From: Vitrella brassicaformis CCMP3155
Taxonomy: Eukaryota > Protista > Chromerida
Assembly: GCA_001179505.1 (NCBI GenBank)
Contig: CDMY01001019.1
Location: forward strand, 1-64,000
Direction of reading: 5' to 3'
Length of the DNA: 64,000 nucleotides
The position numbers were made by a program, and so were the translations under genes. Positions 56,778 through 64,000 of the stretch are shown here, in pieces; the stretch's first letter is position 1, and each line of letters starts with the position of its first letter. The notes beneath the pieces are model-generated. The model worked only from the letters and a program-made list of their open reading frames with translations. It had not been told where the DNA came from and did not search any database.

Positions 56778-59413
56778 ATGGAGATGCATCAGCTGGACAG
56801 GAGGAAGCCGGTCAGGCGGAGAGCACAGACGGCTCTCACGCTCATCAGCCTCGCAGCGGCGTCACTGTCGTGCGCCCAGGCCTTCCTGGTGCAGCCGCAC
56901 AGACACACGAGGACGCTCAGGTGGGTGCGTCAGGAGATGACAGATGCTTGTGCTTGGTTCAAACACGCTGCTGGTGTGTGTGACTGTGATGTGTGCAGGA
57001 TGGGCGTGGCTGCTCCCCCCCCGGCCGTGAGGCAGAAGCCGGTCAAGAAAGACTGGCTGGGGAGGGTGAAGGAGCCGCCTGAAAGTACGCCTGTGCAGAG
57101 ACGGACACACAGATTGACACGTGTGCAATGCATATGATGCTCTCCTCTGTCTGTGACTGTCTGTCTGTCTGTCCGTGTGTGTGTGTGTGTGTGTCTGTGT
57201 GTCTTGCGCAGGCAAAGTGAGCGAGCCGAAGCCCACGCTGAGAGAGTGGATGGACGCAAGCATCAGGGAATGGATGAACGTAAGCAGCCGAGTTATGATG
57301 CGAGCGCGCTGGTGATGTGCATCATCCTGTCTGTCCTTCACGTGTGCGTGCTGCAGGTGAGGGATGCGCGCATCGGCGTGTTGATTCTCAACCTGGGCGG
57401 CCCGCTGATGGAGAACGACGTCGAGAGCTTCTTGTTCAACCTCTTTATGGACGGTGAGTGGGCAAAACAGACCAGGCAGAACATATCGTCCTTCGTGTGC
57501 ACACACATGGATGGATGGGATGGATGCAGGTGAGATCTTTCGTTTGCCCGCGGCACTGCGGTGGCTCCAAGAGCCGCTCGCGTACCTCATCTCAAAGGCC
57601 AGAAGTGAGTGATCCGAAGCCATCAGCCAACAGGGGTGGGTCGAGATGCGCGCGCGCGCGCGCGTGTTCAGGTCCCAAGACGAGCGAGGCGTATCGGTCG
57701 ATCGGCGGCGGATCGCCCATACTGGGATACACACAAGCACAGGTACGCTATTGTCTGCACGCTGCTTGCTCCATCTCGTCTGCACATACTCGTTCGTGTG
57801 ATGACGTACGTGTCTGTGGCTGGCGTGTTGATGTGTGGTTGGTGGAAGGGTGAGGCGTTGACGCGTCAGCTGCGTCGGATGGGTTACGACGCACAGACGT
57901 ACATCGCCATGCGGTACAGCGCCCCATACACACGGACGGCAGTCACCGAAATGCTCAGCGACAATGTCGATGTAAGTGTCACTGGCTCCACACACTTGTC
58001 CACACGTCGATGTGTGTGTGTGTGTGTGGTGGATGGTTTGGCGCAGGGTGTGGTGATACTGCCGCTTTACCCCCACTTCAGTGTGTCGACCAGCGGCAGC
58101 TCCATCAAGTACGGTGGGGTGGACACACAGATTGACGCCTCTGATATGCAGACGTATGATGCACTCACCTGTCTGTCTGTCTGTGTGTGTGTGTGTGTGG
58201 GTGCAGTATCCTGAAGAAGTACTCCCGGATGTTCATCGACATGCCCCACACGGTCGTGACGGAGTGGTACGACCGACCCGGATACACCAAGGCCGTCGCC
58301 AACCTCATTCAAAGAGTAGGGATAGATAGAGGGATGGAGGGATGGAGGGAGGCACACACGAGCGAAGGCATTGCGTGGCGTGTTGTGTTGTGTTGTGTTG
58401 TTTGGTGTTGTGTGCAGGAGATCGACTCGTTCACCGCGGACGAGAGAAGGGAGGGCATACACGTGCTCTTCAGTGCACATGGGGTGCCAAAGGTCAGTCT
58501 GACGCGCGCGCGCGCGCACACACACACGCGCGCGCGCGCGCGCACAGAGGACTGCATAACCATGTGTGTGTGTGTGTCGTCAGAGTTACATCCAGAACGG
58601 CGATCCCTACCAGGACCACATCGTCAAGACCATCGACACGGTCAAACGGCAGTACTCTGCTGGTCGGTACTCACGCAATGCAATCCACTGACTGCACTCA
58701 CTGGGAGACGCATGACGTGTGGCATGGAAGCCCATGTGTGTGTGTGTGTGTGTGTGTGCAGATGTGTCGACGCATCTGTCGTACCAGAGCAAAGTGGGGC
58801 CGGTCGAGTGGCTGCAGCCGTACACCGATGACATGATCGAGTCCCTTGCTAAGCAAGTACGATGCATCCATCACACAGACACACACAGAGACTCCCATTT
58901 GTGTTGATGTGGTTCCCATGTCATGTGTGCAGGGGGTTAAGAACCTGGTGGTCGTGCCGATCTCGTTTGTCAGCGAGCACATTGAGACACTCGTGAGCAC
59001 AGACACACACACACACACATGGATATTGTGCCGACCTGTGTGTGCGTGTGTCGGCTGACAGGAGGAGATTGACATCGAGTACCGCCATCTTGCCCACGAG
59101 AAGGGCATCAGGTACCAATGCTTTCGAATCCAGCGAGAACACGTGTTTATGTCTGTGTGTCTGTGCGCAGGAATTGGCGGCGCGTGCCGGCGCTCAACGT
59201 GGATCCCCTCTTCATTAAGGACCTTGCAGAGCTCGTTGCCGTAAGTCCACACACTCGGCAAGTGTGTGTGTGACCCACATCAAGTGTCTGCGTGTGGTGT
59301 GGGGTACGATGTATGTGTTGTGTGTGCAGGAGTCTCTCGATCAGCCGGTGCTGTCCCTCAACGAGGTGTGCTTCAAGAAATACAAGACGTCCTTCGAGCA
59401 GTACGACGAGTGA
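56778..59413 (+). CDS. hemH: Ferrochelatase (protoporphyrin IX ferrochelatase), plastid/cyanobacterial-type, with bipartite leader
   Basis: IGVLILNLGGP, YRSIGGGSPI, YIAMRYSAPY, VILPLYPHFSVSTSGSS, LFSAHGVP, NGDPY, SYQSKVGPVEWLQPYT, VPISFVSEHIETLEEID, RRVPALN. Leader TALTLISLAAASLSCAQAFLVQP. Confidence 0.97.
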
Positions 59414-59793
59414 TTATATGTGTGTGTGGCTCGGTCGTATGTGTGTGTGAGTCCGTGTGTACAAATGGACGTCGGTGTACTGTGCGGTTGCCACGTACGG
59501 CGCGCGGAAGCCCCGCTTTTTTGTGAGGCATTCATTGCATTCATAGATTGATTGGTGCGGCGAGAGAGAGATGCGTTTCAATGTGGCCGGCGGTCGGTCG
59601 GTCCCCTGTATATATACAGTATATGTGGCCTGTGTGTAAGGCAGTCAGTGACATCCGCTTTGTGTGCGTGTGTCTGTGACCTATTTAGTAGCCAATCCTG
59701 ATCGCAGATATGGACCAGTCAGACAGCAGAGAGGGCCCCCTCCTGGCCAGAAGTAAATCTCGGAACTGACCGTGGGGAGATACTGTTGTGGCA

Positions 59794-61068
59794 ATGCTTT
59801 CCGTTCTCGTGTTGGTCATTGCGGCGGCACGTGTGGCGCTCGCAATCTCGGCCAGCGGCTGCACCGATAACGAGGACAGCAGCTGCAGTACTGGTGGGGG
59901 TTTCGCATCCACTTTCAGCGACCACAGTGAGGACAAATACGGTAAGGCGATGAGTAGATGAATGGCGCAAGACACAAAAAGAGTGTAGATCTGCGGATTC
60001 CCGTGGCTTTTTATCCATCCATCCATCCGCTCATTCGTCCGTGGCTGCCTGCAGGTGCGTGGGCCACCGATGCATCTTCCGACGACCAGCAGGGTGGTCA
60101 GTGCGGCTCACAAAGGGCCATTCATTGTCTTGGTGGATCTCTGTTTGTGTTGGGTGCAGCTCGTTTCTCGCTGGTGCTCGATTCGATAGCTCATGCGGCG
60201 AATCTGACGGCGGCCGCACACAAGATGAGCATTATGGCCCACAACAGGAGCGCTATGGCGGCTGATGTGAGCGGCGCGGCGCTGGCGGCCATCGACAAGG
60301 GCAGCACTTCCGGCAGCCCAGGCGGTACGCACACACACGCGGAGGAAAGATCGATCCATCGTGCATTGTGTTGTCTCTGTACAGGTAGTATCGGCATCTC
60401 TTCGTTTGCACAGGATGATGAAGAAGAAGTTGAAGACTACATGGCCCACCGCGGTAAGCACCAGCCGCCCTCAACGCATCCACCAACTGAGTGCGCATCT
60501 TTATGACTGTATGTGTGTGTGTGTGTGTGAAGGCCAAACGGAAGTCGACCTGAAATGGTTTAGCACCAAATGGTTTAGAGAGATGGTGGCGCAATCCTTG
60601 GTATCACAGAACGGCTTCTGCGTGTTGCCCGACATAGGCACGGCGGATGACAGGTCTCGCTCGCTGCCGACCCGCCAGTGCGCTTACTCCTGCCCCGAGA
60701 ATGGCAAGGAGAAAATTATCTGGTGGGTGCATCCGCTGCAAGGTGGGCAAAGAAAAATGGACGTGTACAAGGTGCACGACTTCAAGTGCAAGACAAAGGC
60801 AAAAAGGCAGTGGTGCACCGATCCCCGTGACAACAAGTGCCGCCTCTGGTCGTTCAAGATGGACCGCACAGGCGACGAGCCCGGTGACACCAAAGTGGCG
60901 ACCATCTTTGTGGTGGGCAACGTCACTCAGAAGGCCGGCTCTTCACTGGCGTGCAAGGGCATGGAGGTCGCGGTGCTGCCGACCTGGAGTACCGTGGACC
61001 CCGGACGGCACGACAAAGTCACCCTCGAGAGCGCCAGACAATTTTGCAGTGAATTATTCTTCGAGTGA
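59794..61068 (+). CDS. Secreted Cys-rich hypothetical protein
   Basis: Signal peptide MLSVLVLVIAAARVALAISA. Five phase-consistent exons. The last exon encodes a globular Cys/Trp-rich domain ending ESARQFCSELFFE*. Confidence 0.7.
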
Positions 61069-61470
61069 GTGGATAGCCTGCCTGCCTGCCTGCCTGCCTG
61101 CGTGGCTGGCTGCCGGCATCAATCACTTGAGTGAAACATACAAAGACAGCAAAGCAGCTGATACATAGCAGGGACGCGGGCAGTGGGTCGGTGGCCTTAT
61201 GATAGGGGTGTGTGGTGTGGTATGCTTTGGATGCTTGGCTTGGGATACGGCTGTCATGCTTGGAGTGGGGATGGATGGATGGATGGATTGCAATCGGTGA
61301 GACGCGTACTCCATACGATTCACTTGATTGTGTCTGATGTGTCATCAAGAGGTCTCCGCGTGGATCATGTGCACACCACACACTCACTCGTCGTCTCTCT
61401 TTGTACACACAAACGGGCCGGGCGACTGTCTATGCACACCACACCCAGCAAGCGGCCCACATCAGTCAAA

Positions 61471-63945
61471 TCAGAATTCGGCTCGCGAGAAACCCGTCCG
61501 CGTCACCACCTTCCACTTGTAATCAGCACACGTCTTGCCCCGGCTGTCGCGCCCCGTGTGTCTGCTGTTCGTCATCCACACCTTGTCGCGAGGGCTGTAG
61601 GGCAGTGGGGGCAGGGGATATGGGAGGGGGACGCGCACCAGCGGCACACGAGCATGTGGAGCAGTAGGACACCGTGCTGTGGCCGCATACAGACGAGGGA
61701 CTGGGTGGGACCCTGCACACAGACAGACAGACAGACATTCACATACACTGTGTTTTATGGGTGCCGATCAACCTACCTGTCTGCAGCGGCTCGCTCTTGC
61801 GCCACATGAAAGAGCGCATCGGCCTGGGGGCACCACTGCTGCTCCCGGTGGATGACGATGAGCCGGCCGGCTGCGTGTGTGGGGTGGCGCGCGGCGGGGG
61901 CGGGGTGAGGCCTCTGAGGGTGTGTGGCGAGATGAGTATGCCCAGCTCGTAGGACTTGACATACAGGCCGTTGTCCTTGTCCATCTCGTCCTTGCCGCCC
62001 TTCAACTCGCCCCACGCAGCCTGTGTGAGCACACCGCACACACACGTGCACACGTCTGAGAGAATGAAAGACAGCGAATGGGAAGGCTTGCTCACTTTGC
62101 TGAGGTTGTGGCTGCCGACATATACCCACGCAACCTCCGGACGCCGGGCGGAGCCCGTCGAGCGGTAGCCATACCTGAAATACACACACGCCAATTCGGC
62201 TGCTGCTGCCTGCCTGCCTGCCATATGCAGGTGTTTCCGCCGCTCACACACTTGAGGAATGTCTTCAAGTGAGGGCACGATGACGATCTGCCTGGAGGGT
62301 AGGGAATGGCGGCCTCTTCGCACACCTGCCTGCCGTCGACGTCGTGCGTGCCCCATCTGTGGAGGGCGCCGCGCGGCAAGTCCCGCTCGCTCTTGTCCGC
62401 CTTGTCGGCTATCTGCAGACTCTCCCGCGCGACCTTGATCGAACTGAGCAATCAATCATCGACATATGGATAAGAGAGAGGGAGGTTGTGTTGTGTTGCG
62501 CTGTCCTTTGTGTCAAGCTCACCCTCACCTGCCCCCTGGCCATCCCTCGAGTGACGTCCGCACCTGCACACAGAGCGCATGAGAGGCTGTGACTGCATGG
62601 GAGGATGCATGGCATGGAGGCCAGTGTGCTTGCCTCGTGCTCGGTGGGCAGGACCAGCTGCCACGGTATGTCGGCCTTTATCTGAGGGTGGGACCCACTC
62701 GAGCACAGACTGCCTGCACGACCACACACACCACACACATGGCCATCCACAGGAACTGTGTGCATGATAAGCTTTGGGGCTGACTTAGGAACTCTTCGAT
62801 CCAGTCGGCATCGAGGCTGCCGATCGACGACACCTGACACACCACACTAAAGCTGACACACAGACACACATAAACAGGTCCGGTGAGCGACTGGCAGATC
62901 ACGAGCATGAGTCTATCCCTCGCGCACTCGGCCATGTTCTGAGGGTCCGCCTGGTGCCTGAGCAGATGGCGGAGCCGCATGTGGCCCCAGCGGTTGACAC
63001 TCGGCCCCACAACGGTCTTGTTCGAACACACGTGGTTGCCCTGCAACACACGGACGCACATCAGTCTTGTCCCGGCTTGAGCCCTTCTTCTGTTGGTTGC
63101 CTCACCTACCTCGACTGACGGCACGGAAGCGACGATTTGTCCGATGGCTGTCGAGTAGTCGAACGCTTTGATCTTGTCACACCAATCGTCCGCCTTTGTG
63201 GTGGCGCCAATGAAAGCCGACAACTGATCTGAGAGATGACAAGACAGACACCAACACTTACAATAGATAGAAGGAATTTGTCCTGACCTTCCATGTCCTC
63301 GCCAAGTGAGGATCGCAGCTCGGCGCCGTCCTCTTGCTTGCGTGGGAAGTCCTGCACGTAGACGGTCTGGTTCTTCTTCCACCTGAACACACACACAACA
63401 CGCACACACGTGTGACCCCATGCGCCAGCCACGAAGCGCTCCTCTCTCCCTCTCTTTGGTCTCACCACTCGTCGTAGAGGAAGTTTGCAGATGTGATGCA
63501 CACGCGGATGCGGTCAGCGTACGCCAGCAGGATCAGCTTGGGGTGGAAGGTGCTGTGGGTCCCTTTGGGCAGCGGCACCGCCTCGACAGCCACCGTTGCT
63601 CCAGACGAGGCGAGCATATCATCAGCAGACCGGCGGAGCGATTCGAGCCGCAATACTACACACACGCGCACACATAAGGGTTCGCACGGAAGTGGAGTGT
63701 GGGCGAATGTTGCCTGCTGACTTCTTCGCGGCATATTGTGTGTGTCCCCGGTGAGGATGGTGATGTGGCGCATCGTCTGCATCACGGGGCACTCGGACAC
63801 CAACCACGGCTGATGGAACAAAGGACAGCAAGAAAGAACGCGTATGCGTCTGTGTGGATCTATCTCTGACCGGCCTGCCTGCCTGCCTGCATTCTCTCAC
63901 CGTACCTACCAGGTCAAATCTCATGCAGCATATCAACATCTGCAA
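61471..63945 (-). CDS. TDP1: Tyrosyl-DNA phosphodiesterase 1 (5' end beyond the window)
   Basis: Two HxK motifs (STFHPKLILL...VCITSANF and CPHLKTF...VGSHNLSKAAWG), KSYELGIL, VVCQVSSIGSL and PLPYPLPPLPYSPRDKVW. Confidence 0.93.
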
Positions 63946-64000
63946 AGGGGAAACAGAATCTCATAATTCCATTGCAAAGGGGCACAGACAGGCAACGTGC

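Noticed and set aside
59685-60026. 113-aa minus-strand ORF
   Set aside because: It is antisense to the signal-peptide exon of the phase-consistent plus-strand gene starting at 59794.

Overview
Eukaryotic, very intron-rich, GC-rich genomic DNA. Introns are short and full of (CA)n/(TG)n/(GA)n/(GATG)n microsatellites. Gene content (apicomplexan-type PKG with four cNMP-binding domains, bipartite plastid-targeting leaders, PAN/Apple surface proteins) points to a chromerid alga, most likely Vitrella brassicaformis (inference, not a database match). All gene models were spliced by hand, so exon edges and some termini are approximate. Conserved genes: PKG (4.8-11.8 kb), SNRNP40 (54.6-56.6 kb), plastid-type ferrochelatase (56.8-59.4 kb) and TDP1 (61.5 kb to the window end). 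Accessory regions: a 16.8-34.6 kb cluster of two lineage-specific, header-swapping F-box-like families surrounding a Crinkler/RHS-type NTPase-REase gene with an apparent plastid leader, and a decayed paralogue mosaic at 47.5-53.9 kb. The most striking locus is an 8 kb gene (35.1-43.1 kb, minus strand). It encodes a type I membrane protein with a circularly permuted, Fibrobacter-like GH16 beta-glucanase, about ten PAN/Apple modules, three C-type lectin domains and a SEA-like domain. No rRNA, tRNA, CRISPR array or recognisable transposase/reverse transcriptase was seen. Two 300-N assembly gaps are present.
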